A DNA stretch of 64,000 nucleotides from an uncultured Methanomicrobiales archaeon (GCA_903828975.1 CAIKOD010000038.1:3187-67186); one strand, 5' to 3'; shown: positions 49,114 through 59,394, counted from the stretch's first letter. A program made the numbers and translations. Notes: generated by a model not told the origin, from the sequence alone.

Positions 49114-49320
49114 TTACCGTGTAGCTTCGATACCATGATATATGCGAAGCTGCCGTGGGTGGGGTGAAAGTGACGTCCCGATCCCAGGTTCCCGGAGAAA
49201 AACAGGTGATCCCGGATGTACGTCATCCATATGCGGTTTTAGTAAAATCCTGTGAACAGGAGTCTCCCTGGCGGAAAAAAGTGTTATCTGTTAAATGATA
49301 TCAGCAGGGATGCACGGGTA

Positions 49321-50439
49321 TCAGCGTCGTGAGGTGAGATACCCTGCGATACAGAGTATCCCGAGTGCCACGACAAGGACAAACGGGTCTGCACCCGCTT
49401 TAGTCGTCGGGGTAGCTACCGGGACCGGGGCCAGTGCTGCATTGAGCTGGATGTTCTGCCCGGCTATCACCTGTCCGGTTGTTGTATAGGGGGTATATCC
49501 ATCCGTCCTGATCTCTACCGTGTAGGTCCCCGGGTTTACTTTCTGGGATGAGAGCGGGGTTATACCAATATATGCACCGTTTACGTAGACATTAGCCCCG
49601 CTTGGGGATGACACAATCTGGACACTTGCAAAGGCAGGGGCCTGGCTTGCCGGCTGAAGTGCTGCATTCATTTGTACATTTTTCCCTGCCTGTATCGATG
49701 CCGTGGCTGAATAGTCCTGGTACCCGGATTTTTTCACGGTGACCGTATAACTGCCTGGCGCGAGGTTGACAATATCAAGGGAGTCATCCGGGGGAGTCAC
49801 ACCCCGGAAGTCCCCGTTCAGGTAAACGGCAGCCCCTGATGGTGCCGAAGAGACCTGGAGGTCTCCCGTATCAGGGCTTTTTTCCGGGACAAGTGTAACT
49901 ACCACCGGTGTGGTCTGGCCGCTTACAACCGTAACCGTGCTTTCCCAGGTCTCGTAACCTGCCTCGTAAATTCCTACTTTGTGCGGGCCTGCTGCAAGAT
50001 TACCGATAATCTGGTCTGTTTTCCCCTGGTAGATATCGTCAACATAGAACCCTGCCCCTTTAGGCGTCGTGGAAAGTGATATACTCCCGGGTGAAACGAC
50101 CCTTACAAGGTCAACATTCACATTCTGGGTCGTCCCTGCACTTACGGTTACCACTGACGTGGAGGGCTGGTACCCTGGCATTGTAATCATAACGTTGTGT
50201 ACACCGGGTGGAACAGATGAGAACGTTCCCGGGGTGAATAACTGGTCTTCTCCACCGTCGAGAGTCGCAGATGACCCCGGAGGAGTTGAGACAACATAAA
50301 TGCTGCCTGTGGTATACGAGTTACCGGCCTGGGGAGTGCTTGACGTGGATTTGGCCGCAACCGTCACTTCAGCTGATGCACACCCGGTTATTGCAAGGGC
50401 GAGAATTAACGCAAGTATCAGAATTGACATGTTCTTCAT
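49321..50439 (-). CDS. PEGA-domain repeat surface protein with C-terminal TM anchor
   Basis: Signal/lipobox LAITGCAS. There are four to five ~70-aa repeats of the type STPxGAxVYxDGxxxGxTP...xPGxHxVxxxxxGY. The C-terminal hydrophobic helix ends in RR. Confidence 0.8.
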   Translation of the reverse strand: MKNMSILILALILALAITGCASAEVTVAAKSTSSTPQAGNSYTTGSIYVVSTPPGSSATLDGGEDQLFTPGTFSSVPPGVHNVMITMPGYQPSTSVVTVSAGTTQNVNVDLVRVVSPGSISLSTTPKGAGFYVDDIYQGKTDQIIGNLAAGPHKVGIYEAGYETWESTVTVVSGQTTPVVVTLVPEKSPDTGDLQVSSAPSGAAVYLNGDFRGVTPPDDSLDIVNLAPGSYTVTVKKSGYQDYSATASIQAGKNVQMNAALQPASQAPAFASVQIVSSPSGANVYVNGAYIGITPLSSQKVNPGTYTVEIRTDGYTPYTTTGQVIAGQNIQLNAALAPVPVATPTTKAGADPFVLVVALGILCIAGYLTSRR

Positions 50440-50670
50440 GGGAATCACCTGTAACAAGAATCTTTTATCGAGTTTAAAAAACCACCGGTTGAAATCATGA
50501 TAACTCCCGGTCAGCCCAGGTTCTGCATCCCGGACCCCATGGAGAAATCCCTGGTTTCCCAATAAAGATCCCGGCTATCTGATTATATCTGCGTAAAAAT
50601 CCACAAAAAATGTGGCATATCAGAAATTATTATAGATACAATTAAATAAGATTCAACCTACCTTTTTTTT

Positions 50671-51036
50671 ATGGGAAAATTCTTGAATTCCATAATGGGA
50701 AAGGGTGAGGAAGAGCGGAATGTAGAGGATTATATGACGCTTGAAGTCCCCGAGGATATGGATGCAGCGAATACGGCACTCTATGTCAAGATTGCCACGG
50801 TAGGAGACATCAAAGACTGTCCCATGATCAAGGATGAAATCTACAACGGTAACATAGTGGTCATGGATATTGCACAGCTACGGGCTGACAAAGTTATGTA
50901 CGAACGTGTACTCAAGGATATGAAAGAGGTCGCGAAAGACGTGAACGGGGACATCATTGGCCTTGGCGAACAGAAATATATCATAATCACCCCCGCAGGG
51001 GTCAAGATCTCCCGGGACAAACTCGGCGGGATGTGA
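50671..51036 (+). CDS. sepF: Cell-division protein SepF (archaeal type)
   Basis: 121 aa. The YVKIATVGDIKDCPMIKDEIYNGNIVVMDI...GDIIGLGEQKYIIITPAGVKI pattern is that of DUF552/SepF. Confidence 0.75.
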   Translation: MGKFLNSIMGKGEEERNVEDYMTLEVPEDMDAANTALYVKIATVGDIKDCPMIKDEIYNGNIVVMDIAQLRADKVMYERVLKDMKEVAKDVNGDIIGLGEQKYIIITPAGVKISRDKLGGM

Positions 51037-51092
51037 AAACCGGAAATCCATATCCTTCATGGGTATGCAGGTCTGAAATATGGCAAATACGC

Positions 51093-51100
51093 TTTTTTTT
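51093..51100 (+). terminator. Oligo-T tract after sepF
   Basis: A T8 run lies ~57 nt after the stop codon. Confidence 0.3.
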
Positions 51101-51225
51101 AATCATTAGTTTCAAAAACTTTTCTTCAACCGGACGAATACCAGGGAACGATGAAATTCCCAGTGTACCCTTTGGACGAGTAGTTGTTCCAAATGAGACC
51201 AGAACCCGGTTGTAACTGAAAGCCC

Positions 51226-51488
51226 CGCTTTGTTGAAACCATGCATATTTTTTTTTTGAAAAAAGAGGAAATACGCAGACAGGAGTGGGTTTCACCCCCT
51301 CCCGGCCACCCCCAATAAGATATCCTTTGGCAGGGTTCAATTGGGGGATTTTAAGAAAAATTCAGAGATTTTGAGATCATATCCTATCTCAACCGGGGCC
51401 GCCAAAGCGGTGGGCGGAGCCCCGGGAGCGTGACTAAATTTTTGACTAACCTAATGCACAATATAGGTTGAGAGAGTTTCACAAAGCA
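51226..51488 (+). mobile_element. MITE family 1, copy 9 (short form) with perfect 8-bp TSD
   Basis: CGCTTTGTTGAAACC...GAGAGAGTTTCACAAAGCA is flanked by GAAAGCCC at 51218-51225 and at 51489-51496. Confidence 0.85.
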
Positions 51489-51628
51489 GAAAGCCCGATA
51501 GAGCTGAAAAACTGGTAATGCGAAGGTTTGAATGGTGGGGATATATTCCCTGCTCTCCCTATACCTCCGAAATTTTTCGCAGTCAACGCCATATTGATCA
51601 GGTCACCCTCCCATATCACGTAGTAACC

Positions 51629-53827
51629 ATGTCGTTCCAGAAATGTATACCATTACTATTGGCCACACTCATCCTTGTGGCAATACTGGCATCGGGCTGT
51701 ACAAATGTCCCTGCCTTAAACCCGGTAACGTCACCGGCTACAATGGACCTGAAGAAATTCAACTCGACGGCAGAGATTGAGCAATATATCAGGAGTTCGA
51801 TGGCAACGGACCAGCAGGACCACTACCGTACCTATCCCATATCTGCCATGGTCTCCGGTGGCCCGGGTGCGGGATCTTCGGGTGGGCCATTGCAGCTGAG
51901 CCAGGAATCGGCTAAGAATAGTATGGCCGTCCCTGTCCCCGCCGCAGCAGGGGCCGTTGATTATTCCACTATCAGCTCAGGGGCTGGCGATTATTCGACG
52001 ACCAACATTCAGGTTGCGGGAGTGGATGAGCCCGATATCGTGAAGAACGACGCCCGGTATATCTACACGATATCAGGCCAGACACTCACCATCGTCGATG
52101 CATACCCCGCAGAAAAAGCCTCGGTTGTCTCGAAGACTGAAATTTCTGACGCCCCGAAAGACCTCTTCGTGACCGGGGACCGTCTTGTGCTCTTTACACA
52201 GGGATATGGGTCACCTGATTACCCTGAAGAGAAAACTGCTTCGATGAAAGCGGAGGTAATGCCACGGCGGCCGGTATATGGCAATTCACCGGTCACCCAC
52301 GCGGTCATCTACGATATCACCGACCGGTCCAGCCCGAAGTTAATGAAGGACTACACGATTGAAGGCGATTATACCGATGCACGGATGATCGGCACCCTGG
52401 TCTACATGGTCACCCGCGAGCAGGTATACCCGTACTACAATGACCAGATTGTAGTGCCCACGCTCCGTGAAGGGACAAAGACGGTTATCCAGCCGGATGT
52501 ATGGCACTTCAATTACCCCGACCAGCAGTACACCTTCACCACCATTACTGCCATCGATGCAGCCACCGGGACTGAGAAAAACGCACAGACCTACCTGTTA
52601 GGCAATGGAAATATTATCTATGTCTCACCGGACGCGATGTATGTCAGTTACCAGAAATACCACCCCATTGTCTACCCGGTCAGAGGTGGAATGGAAATAG
52701 CAAAGCCTCTGCCTGCACCCGTGAGCTGGATTGCAGGTCCTGGGGCAGCGGTCGATTCGGGAGCCGTTTCATCGGCACCAGCCCCACAGGACTTTAATGC
52801 CATGAATGATGACCAGAGACAGGCGATCATCAGCGGTCTTCGGAGCGGGGAGCAGGACTCAATCCGGCGGCAGGAAGCAGACCAGACCTCGACGGTCATC
52901 CACAAGATCGAGATAAAGGACGGGAAGATCCAATACGTCGCAAAAGGTGAAGTACCCGGGACGCTGAAGAACCAGTTTGCGATGGACGAGTATAACGACA
53001 ACCTCCGTGTTGCGACCACCTCCAGTGTCTATACCCAGTCCGGGCAGTATACCTATAACAATGTCTACGTCCTCAATGGCCAGATGGAGCGGATCGGAGC
53101 ACTGACCCATCTTGCCGAACAGGAAAGCATTTATTCCACCCGTTTTATCGGTGACCGGCTCTACATGGTGACGTTCAAGCGGATCGACCCGTTCTTCGTG
53201 ATTGATCTCTCCACGCCCTCAAACCCGAAGGTCCTCGGAAAACTGAAGATCCCCGGGTATTCCGATTACCTGCACCCATACGACGCAACGCATATCATCG
53301 GCATCGGCAAGGAGACTGCGTCTAACGAATGGGGCGGTGTTTCAACAAGCGGGGTTAAACTGGCCCTCTTCGATGTCTCTGACGTTACCAACCCCAAACA
53401 GCTCGCCAAGGTGCAGATCGGTGACGCCGGTTCTGATTCGGCGGCACTTACCGATCACCATGCATTCCTCTTCGACAGGAACAAGAACCTCCTCGTGATC
53501 CCTGTCAGGGCCGTATCCATGAACCAGGTCAGCAAAGGGGACTATTACAACAACCAGCCGCAGGCGTGGTACGGGGCGTATGTATTCGGCCTCACCCCCG
53601 AGACCGGGTTCACGCTCAAAGGGACTGTGCAGCACGGTACCGGTGACAACGGGTACTACTACTACGGCAGCTCGGGGGCGGATGTGAAACGGTCCCTCTA
53701 CATTGGAGACGTCCTCTACACCATGTCCTCAAAACAGATCAAGGCAAACTCCCTTGACAATATCAATACGACGATCTCAACGATCCCCCTCCCTGGTATG
53801 GGTGAGGTGTATTATCCGATGGTTTGA
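51629..53827 (+). CDS. Secreted beta-propeller domain protein (COG4880-like) lipoprotein
   Basis: Lipobox LASGCTN. YSTTNIQVAGVDEPDIVKNDARYIYT and the C-terminal HPYDATHIIGIG...ALFDVSDVTNPK resemble the 'beta_propel' family. Confidence 0.7.
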   Translation: MSFQKCIPLLLATLILVAILASGCTNVPALNPVTSPATMDLKKFNSTAEIEQYIRSSMATDQQDHYRTYPISAMVSGGPGAGSSGGPLQLSQESAKNSMAVPVPAAAGAVDYSTISSGAGDYSTTNIQVAGVDEPDIVKNDARYIYTISGQTLTIVDAYPAEKASVVSKTEISDAPKDLFVTGDRLVLFTQGYGSPDYPEEKTASMKAEVMPRRPVYGNSPVTHAVIYDITDRSSPKLMKDYTIEGDYTDARMIGTLVYMVTREQVYPYYNDQIVVPTLREGTKTVIQPDVWHFNYPDQQYTFTTITAIDAATGTEKNAQTYLLGNGNIIYVSPDAMYVSYQKYHPIVYPVRGGMEIAKPLPAPVSWIAGPGAAVDSGAVSSAPAPQDFNAMNDDQRQAIISGLRSGEQDSIRRQEADQTSTVIHKIEIKDGKIQYVAKGEVPGTLKNQFAMDEYNDNLRVATTSSVYTQSGQYTYNNVYVLNGQMERIGALTHLAEQESIYSTRFIGDRLYMVTFKRIDPFFVIDLSTPSNPKVLGKLKIPGYSDYLHPYDATHIIGIGKETASNEWGGVSTSGVKLALFDVSDVTNPKQLAKVQIGDAGSDSAALTDHHAFLFDRNKNLLVIPVRAVSMNQVSKGDYYNNQPQAWYGAYVFGLTPETGFTLKGTVQHGTGDNGYYYYGSSGADVKRSLYIGDVLYTMSSKQIKANSLDNINTTISTIPLPGMGEVYYPMV

Positions 53828-53905
53828 GGGAGATATATCCCCAGGCCCTTTCCTTATTTACCCTTACGTCTTCGGCGTTCTTCCACGAACCGGTCTGAAA
53901 ATTCA

Positions 53906-54199
53906 ATGTTAATGAAAATGGCGTTGTACGACAAAATCGCTTCACATTGGCGACATAAGGCCTGCCCAATCTGCACGATGGATACCTTTATTGCCTCACA
54001 GTGGATTGATGGAGCTTACCAGGTTGTGGGTCGCATGACATTGTGTAAACATTGTGGGTTCAATGCCTCAGATGAGGCAATTTACTGTATTATGTGTGGA
54101 AAAAAACTAAATACAACCGAAGGATTGCATCGCGGGGTTATGGTTAACCTTAAAAATCTGTTACGTGGTCATACTGCCGATGAAGAGATGACGGTATAA
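53906..54199 (+). CDS. Hypothetical zinc-ribbon protein
   Basis: CPIC...CKHCG...CIMCG cysteine pairs. 97 aa. Confidence 0.4.
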   Translation: MLMKMALYDKIASHWRHKACPICTMDTFIASQWIDGAYQVVGRMTLCKHCGFNASDEAIYCIMCGKKLNTTEGLHRGVMVNLKNLLRGHTADEEMTV

Positions 54200-54435
54200 A
54201 ACCTTTTTCCAACGCCACGGGATCATTTTCACTCCACCGCAAATCGGCTGGCTATCGTTCATTATTTTTTAAAATGCCGTATTTTGCCCTTTTAACTTTG
54301 TTCCGTGACACTATCTGCGCCGCTACCATTTCACTCCCCAGAACTGATGACAGTAACATTATTACCCCGTGTTCCAGATAGTGAATCAACGGACTTCCAA
54401 ATCAAAGGTGGAGCAGGATATAACCATGGCCGGGG

Positions 54436-56337
54436 TTGAAACGATTGGGTAACTACGATGAAGTGTACAGACAATCAATTGAGCACCCTGAAGAATTCTG
54501 GGGGCAGGCAGCTGAATCTGTGCATTGGTACCGTAAGTGGGAACAGGTTCTCGATAACCACAACCCGCCGTTTACCCGCTGGTTTAGTGGCGGCATCCTC
54601 AACAGCTGTTATAATGCACTGGACCGGCACGTGGAGAATGGCAGGGCTGACCAGGTCGCATTGATTTATGACAGTCCTGTCACAAAAACGGTGAAAAAAT
54701 TTACATACCGGGAGCTGCGGGACAGCGCAGCACAATGTGCCGGGGGCCTCACCCGCCTGGGTGTCACGAAGGGTGACCGCGTTGTCATTTACATGCCAAT
54801 GATCCCGGAGGCGGTTATTTCGATGCTGGCATGTGCACGCATCGGTGCAATCCATTCGGTCGTCTTTGGCGGGTTTGCACCAAAAGAACTGGCGACAAGG
54901 ATCGAGGACGCTCGCCCCCGTGTGGTAATGTGCTCTTCCTGCGGGATCGAGGTAAACCGGATAATACCCTACAAACCGCTCCTGGACTCAGCAATAGAAC
55001 TCTGTACGCATAAACCCGAGGCGTGTGTCATCGTCCAGAGGCCGGAAGAGACAGTCTCGCTTACTGAAGGTCGGGACCATGAGTGGTCCGCCTTCATGAA
55101 GGGCACACCGGCTGGCTGTGTGCCGGTTGCTGCAACTGACCCGCTGTATATCCTCTATACATCTGGCACTACCGGGAAACCTAAGGGTGTCCTCCGGGAT
55201 AACGGGGGCCATCTCGTTGCCCTGAAATGGAGTATGAATAATATTTACGGCGTGTCGCCCGGCGAAGTATACTGGGCTGCTTCCGATATCGGGTGGGTCG
55301 TCGGGCATTCCTATATCGTGTACGGGCCCTTGTTCCATGGGTGCACCACCGTCATCTACGAGGGCAAATCGGTGGGGACACCTGACCCGGGTGCGTTCTG
55401 GCGGGTCATTTCAGAGCACGGGGTATCTGTATTATTCTGTGCTCCCACCGCATTCCGGGCAATACGCAGGGAAGACCCCGAAGCCAGCTATCTTCTGAAA
55501 TACGACCTGTCCTCTCTCCGGGTGTTATTCCTCGCCGGTGAACGGTGCGACCCGGATACCCTTACCTGGGCAAAAGAACAGCTTGGCGTTCCGGTTATTG
55601 ATCACTGGTGGCAGACTGAGACTGGCTGGTCAATCGGTGCAAACTGTGCCGGGATTGAATTACTCCCGGTACGCCCCGGCTCCTGCACAAAGGCTGTGCC
55701 AGGCTATGATGTCCGTGTCTTTGATACCGAAGGCAAACCGGTCGCACCCGGGCAGAATGGCAATATCGTGATAAAATCCCCCCTACCCCCCGGTTGCCTG
55801 ACGACGCTGTGGCAGAATGATGCGGACTATATCAGGACATACTTCTCAACATACCCGGGCTATTATTACACATCTGATGCGGGATACATCGATGCTGAAG
55901 GATATCTCTGGATTATGGGGAGGACTGACGATATTATCAATATTGCCGGTCACCGCCTTTCAACCGGGGCGATGGAGGAGGTGCTGTCCCACCATCCCGA
56001 TGTGGCTGAATGTGCCGTAACCGGGGTACATGACCCGGTAAAAGGCGAAGTACCGGTAGGGTTTATTGTCCTCAAGTCCGGCCGGTCCCGTGTCCCGGGC
56101 GAGATTGAGCGGGAACTTGTCCTGATGATGAGGGAAAGGATCGGGCCGATTGCATCGTTCAAGGAAGTATCAGTGGTTAAAAGGCTGCCAAAGACCCGTT
56201 CGGGCAAGATACTCAGGGGGGCCATTAAAAAGATTGCAGACGGCGTGGTATTTTCGGTCCCTCCGACCATAGAGGACCCGGCAGTCCTCGATGAGATACG
56301 GGTAGTACTCATGGAACGAGGGTTCCCCAGGGGGTGA
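54436..56337 (+). CDS. prpE: PrpE-type acyl-CoA synthetase (propionate--CoA ligase-like)
   Basis: Close motif-level match to PrpE as I recall it: NPPFTRWF, YMPMIPEA..LACARIGAIHSVVFGGFA, YTSGTTGKPKGV, SDIGWVVGHSYIVYGPL, IDHWWQTETGW, GRTDDIINIAGHRL and LPKTRSGKILR. TTG start. Confidence 0.8.
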   Translation: MKRLGNYDEVYRQSIEHPEEFWGQAAESVHWYRKWEQVLDNHNPPFTRWFSGGILNSCYNALDRHVENGRADQVALIYDSPVTKTVKKFTYRELRDSAAQCAGGLTRLGVTKGDRVVIYMPMIPEAVISMLACARIGAIHSVVFGGFAPKELATRIEDARPRVVMCSSCGIEVNRIIPYKPLLDSAIELCTHKPEACVIVQRPEETVSLTEGRDHEWSAFMKGTPAGCVPVAATDPLYILYTSGTTGKPKGVLRDNGGHLVALKWSMNNIYGVSPGEVYWAASDIGWVVGHSYIVYGPLFHGCTTVIYEGKSVGTPDPGAFWRVISEHGVSVLFCAPTAFRAIRREDPEASYLLKYDLSSLRVLFLAGERCDPDTLTWAKEQLGVPVIDHWWQTETGWSIGANCAGIELLPVRPGSCTKAVPGYDVRVFDTEGKPVAPGQNGNIVIKSPLPPGCLTTLWQNDADYIRTYFSTYPGYYYTSDAGYIDAEGYLWIMGRTDDIINIAGHRLSTGAMEEVLSHHPDVAECAVTGVHDPVKGEVPVGFIVLKSGRSRVPGEIERELVLMMRERIGPIASFKEVSVVKRLPKTRSGKILRGAIKKIADGVVFSVPPTIEDPAVLDEIRVVLMERGFPRG

Positions 56338-56408
56338 ATACCAGGTTGGGGGGTATCCCTCGTAAATCTTTTTAGTGAGTCCACATCACGAAAAGGATAA
56401 TGTGCAGT

Positions 56409-57764
56409 TTAATCCCGCACCCCGGCCCTCCCGTTCTCTCTCCCAAAACGGTAGGTCCCCCTGGGCGCAAAAATCTCAAACCTGGCACTTTTTCCGGGTA
56501 ATCCTGTCTCCCGGATAGTAAGACCGGTGATAGCGAGGATCTCCCTGCCAAGGAACAGGCCGAAACCGGTATTTTTGTAATATTCCCTCCTGAAAATCCT
56601 CTCTTTTTCATTGTCAGGGACACCTGTGCCGTTGTCCTCGATGGCCAGAATGAGACCCTCCGGGGTTTCAACAGACCGGATGGCAATTTCTGTTACACCT
56701 TCCCCGTGCCGGATCGAATTCTCAACAAGGTTGTAAAATACTTTTTCAAGCAGGGGATCGGCATAGATCTCAACCTTCGGAAGGTTGATGGTAACCCTGA
56801 TCCCGGCCAGGTCAATCGTTGCAATAGCGAGCGACACGGTCTCTCCTATATTGTACCACCCGGGTGAATGGACCCCGATATTCTGGTAATCTCGGGTGAA
56901 AAGGATCTGTTTTCTGATCGCTTCTGCGGCCTGTTCCTCCTTTGTAATGTACCTGATCTGCAGGGGATCCGTAGTTTCCTGGCGTGAGAGCTCGAGAAAG
57001 CCGATAAGCACGGTCAACTGGTTGAGGATGTCATGCCTCGTTATATTGTTGAGAAGGTTGAGCTTGTTATTCGCCTGGGACAGGGCTTCCATGGCCTGTT
57101 TATGATCGGTAATGTCGACTGCGGTGCAGATGATCACCGGTGTTTCGCAGTCGACTGCTGAAACCAGTGCCCATCGCAGGGAACCGTCAGAGGCTGCAAG
57201 GCCCACTTCAATATCCCTGATCCGGTGCTCGTTGTAGACCTGGTTTAAAAAACTCTCACGGGCCGCGGTATCCGGAATTATGTCGGCGAGTGTTTTTTTC
57301 TTCAGGTCGTCGCAATTGTACCCCAGTATTGTGCAAAATTTCTGGTTTGCCTTGTTTATTCTAAGGCTGACTTTATCGTAACTGAATGCCCCGGCCTGGG
57401 AATTGTAATATAACCCGCAATTTTTCTCCCCCTCCCGTTGATACGCTTTTGAATAGGTTGAGATGAGGACACCGAGGGAGACAAAGATATAGAACCAGAT
57501 GGTGGCAATTGCGTAGCTCCGGGCATCAGGTAATCCGAAAAGAAAGACGAGGGCCAGGTATACCCAGCCCAGGAGAATAGTCCCGTAAATTCCAAGTTTC
57601 GGGTGTGCAAAAGCAATGAGTACGAGCGGGATGATGTAAAAGAAGGGGAAAACATCGTAAATGCCGATCGAGAGGCTCCACCATGTAACAAGAATGGCCG
57701 TAATTGTGCTAACGATGATGCAGATATCAAACAATAATTTTTTTTTCGGGGTAATTGGCTGCAT
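56409..57764 (-). CDS. Membrane-anchored PAS histidine kinase
   Basis: N-terminal ~5 TM segments and one PAS domain. H-box ITRHDILNQL, N-box NLVENSIRHG, G1 EDNGTGVP and G2 NTGFGLFLGREIL are present. Confidence 0.9.
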   Translation of the reverse strand: MQPITPKKKLLFDICIIVSTITAILVTWWSLSIGIYDVFPFFYIIPLVLIAFAHPKLGIYGTILLGWVYLALVFLFGLPDARSYAIATIWFYIFVSLGVLISTYSKAYQREGEKNCGLYYNSQAGAFSYDKVSLRINKANQKFCTILGYNCDDLKKKTLADIIPDTAARESFLNQVYNEHRIRDIEVGLAASDGSLRWALVSAVDCETPVIICTAVDITDHKQAMEALSQANNKLNLLNNITRHDILNQLTVLIGFLELSRQETTDPLQIRYITKEEQAAEAIRKQILFTRDYQNIGVHSPGWYNIGETVSLAIATIDLAGIRVTINLPKVEIYADPLLEKVFYNLVENSIRHGEGVTEIAIRSVETPEGLILAIEDNGTGVPDNEKERIFRREYYKNTGFGLFLGREILAITGLTIRETGLPGKSARFEIFAPRGTYRFGRENGRAGVRD

Positions 57765-57929
57765 AGACAGAACTCACCTGCGGGGACTCCCGGTGCCCTG
57801 GTACTGGGCGGTACTGAACAGTTGCGACTATGTACAATAAAGCTATTGAACACTACCGGGCAATCTGGTATTCAGATATCCATCTTGCACCATTCCCTAC
57901 AACTCTGCGGTCGTGATATTGTGAAGAAA

Positions 57930-59150
57930 TCACGTGGTTACAAACCCCGCTTCCTGGATTTTTTGCTCAATTTCCTGCACATGGTCCGGTCCACGTGTTT
58001 CAATATCAATATCCACGATAACCATCCCTGGTGGCAGATCAGGATCCTCCTTCCAGTGCCCGATATGGAGGATATTTCCCTCGCATTGTGCAATTAACGA
58101 AAGAAGACCGGCCAGTGATCCCGGGACATCCCGTAACCTGATCGAGGTATGCATGATCCGGCCTTTGCGTACCAGTCCCCGGTTGAGGATCTTTGCGAGC
58201 AGAGGTGTATCGACATTTCCTCCTGATATGACCAGCACTACGTTGCTATCCTTTGGAATGGAAATGTGGTTATTCAGTAATGCTGCAACCGGGGCTGCAC
58301 CTGCACCTTCTGCCAGGATTTTTTTCCTCTCGAGCAGGAGCAGCATGGCATCGATAATCTCCTCTTCGGACACAAGAATTATTTCATCAACAAGCGACCC
58401 GAGGACGGGCAGGGCCAATGCACCCACCCTCGGCACCAGTATGCCGTCAGCAACCGAATGGCCGGGAACAACCGTTACTATTTCAGCTTCCCGCATGGCA
58501 TCGAACGCGGAAGGGCAGGCCGCTGCCTGCACTCCAATGATTCGTACTGCTGGATTTTTAGCTTTCACGGCTATCGCAATACCGCTGATAAGGCCGCCAC
58601 CCCCGACCGGAACAATAATGGTATCTACGGATTGGAGGTCTTCCAGTATTTCAATCCCGATTGTGCCCTGGCCTGCGATGATATCGGGATCGTCATAGGG
58701 GTGGATGAATAGTGCACCATTCATGGCAAGTGCCGAAGCAGTTTCAATTGATTCCTGGAGGTTTTCTCCTTTAAGGATTATTGTTGCGCCATAACTCTTT
58801 GTTGCAGCCTGCTTACTCAGGGAAGCATGGACTGGCATAACGATGGTCGCGTGGACACCTGACATGCGAGCGGCGACTGCCACACCCTGTGCATGGTTCC
58901 CTGCAGATGCAGCGATCACGCCTGCCTCACCGATCTTGTTGATATTGTGGAGGATCCGGTATGTTGCCCCACGGACTTTGAATGAACCAGCTTTCTGAAG
59001 GGTCTCGAGTTTCAGGTAAATACCGGCCCCGGTCACCTCAGAAAAGGTAGGCGAGTAAATAAGAGGCGTACGGATGATATGGGGTGCTATGACCTCTTTT
59101 GCATGGACGATATCTTCGTACGTGACCATACGTGGTATTGAAGAGTACAT
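57930..59150 (-). CDS. ilvA: Threonine ammonia-lyase (threonine dehydratase) with C-terminal ACT-like domain
   Basis: The PLP-lysine motif GSFKVRGA and the glycine loop VPVGGGGLISG are present, with a C-terminal regulatory domain. The start is 59150 or 59129. Confidence 0.85.
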   Translation of the reverse strand: MYSSIPRMVTYEDIVHAKEVIAPHIIRTPLIYSPTFSEVTGAGIYLKLETLQKAGSFKVRGATYRILHNINKIGEAGVIAASAGNHAQGVAVAARMSGVHATIVMPVHASLSKQAATKSYGATIILKGENLQESIETASALAMNGALFIHPYDDPDIIAGQGTIGIEILEDLQSVDTIIVPVGGGGLISGIAIAVKAKNPAVRIIGVQAAACPSAFDAMREAEIVTVVPGHSVADGILVPRVGALALPVLGSLVDEIILVSEEEIIDAMLLLLERKKILAEGAGAAPVAALLNNHISIPKDSNVVLVISGGNVDTPLLAKILNRGLVRKGRIMHTSIRLRDVPGSLAGLLSLIAQCEGNILHIGHWKEDPDLPPGMVIVDIDIETRGPDHVQEIEQKIQEAGFVTT

Positions 59151-59249
59151 TGATTTAGATGTTGGGGAAGGGTGTTGGTGTAAGGTCCCGTTACAGGAAT
59201 GGAACAATACGGCTCTCTAGAAATCATCTCACCGAATAGTACCGAACCA

Positions 59250-59325
59250 GGATTATTCCGGGATTTTCCAGCGCTCCCGGGGTCCCACCCCGCCGCCGGG
59301 GCACACCGGTCGGGAGAGAGACCCA
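59250..59325 (-). repeat. MITE family 1 core fragment (copy 10)
   Basis: GGATTATTCCGGGATTTTCCAGCGCTCCCGGGGTCCCACCCCGCCGCCGGGGCACACCGGTCGGGAGAGAG parallels the reverse core of copies 1, 4 and 6. The termini are absent. Confidence 0.5.
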
Positions 59326-59394
59326 GTACACGCCGGTACTGCAACACAACACCCCCTGGTTATTCTGTTCCCGCACTCCCGAATTGTTTCGAAG

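Noticed and set aside
57934-58698. 254-aa plus-strand ORF inside the threonine dehydratase gene
   Set aside because: It is a shadow ORF. The minus strand carries the PLP-Lys and Gly-loop motifs.
8181-59325. Possibility that the recurring ~260-nt elements form a CRISPR array or other tandem repeat locus
   Set aside because: Copies are 260-425 nt long, 1.5-13 kb apart, in both orientations, separated by ordinary genes, and carry TIRs and TSDs. That is a dispersed mobile element, not an array.
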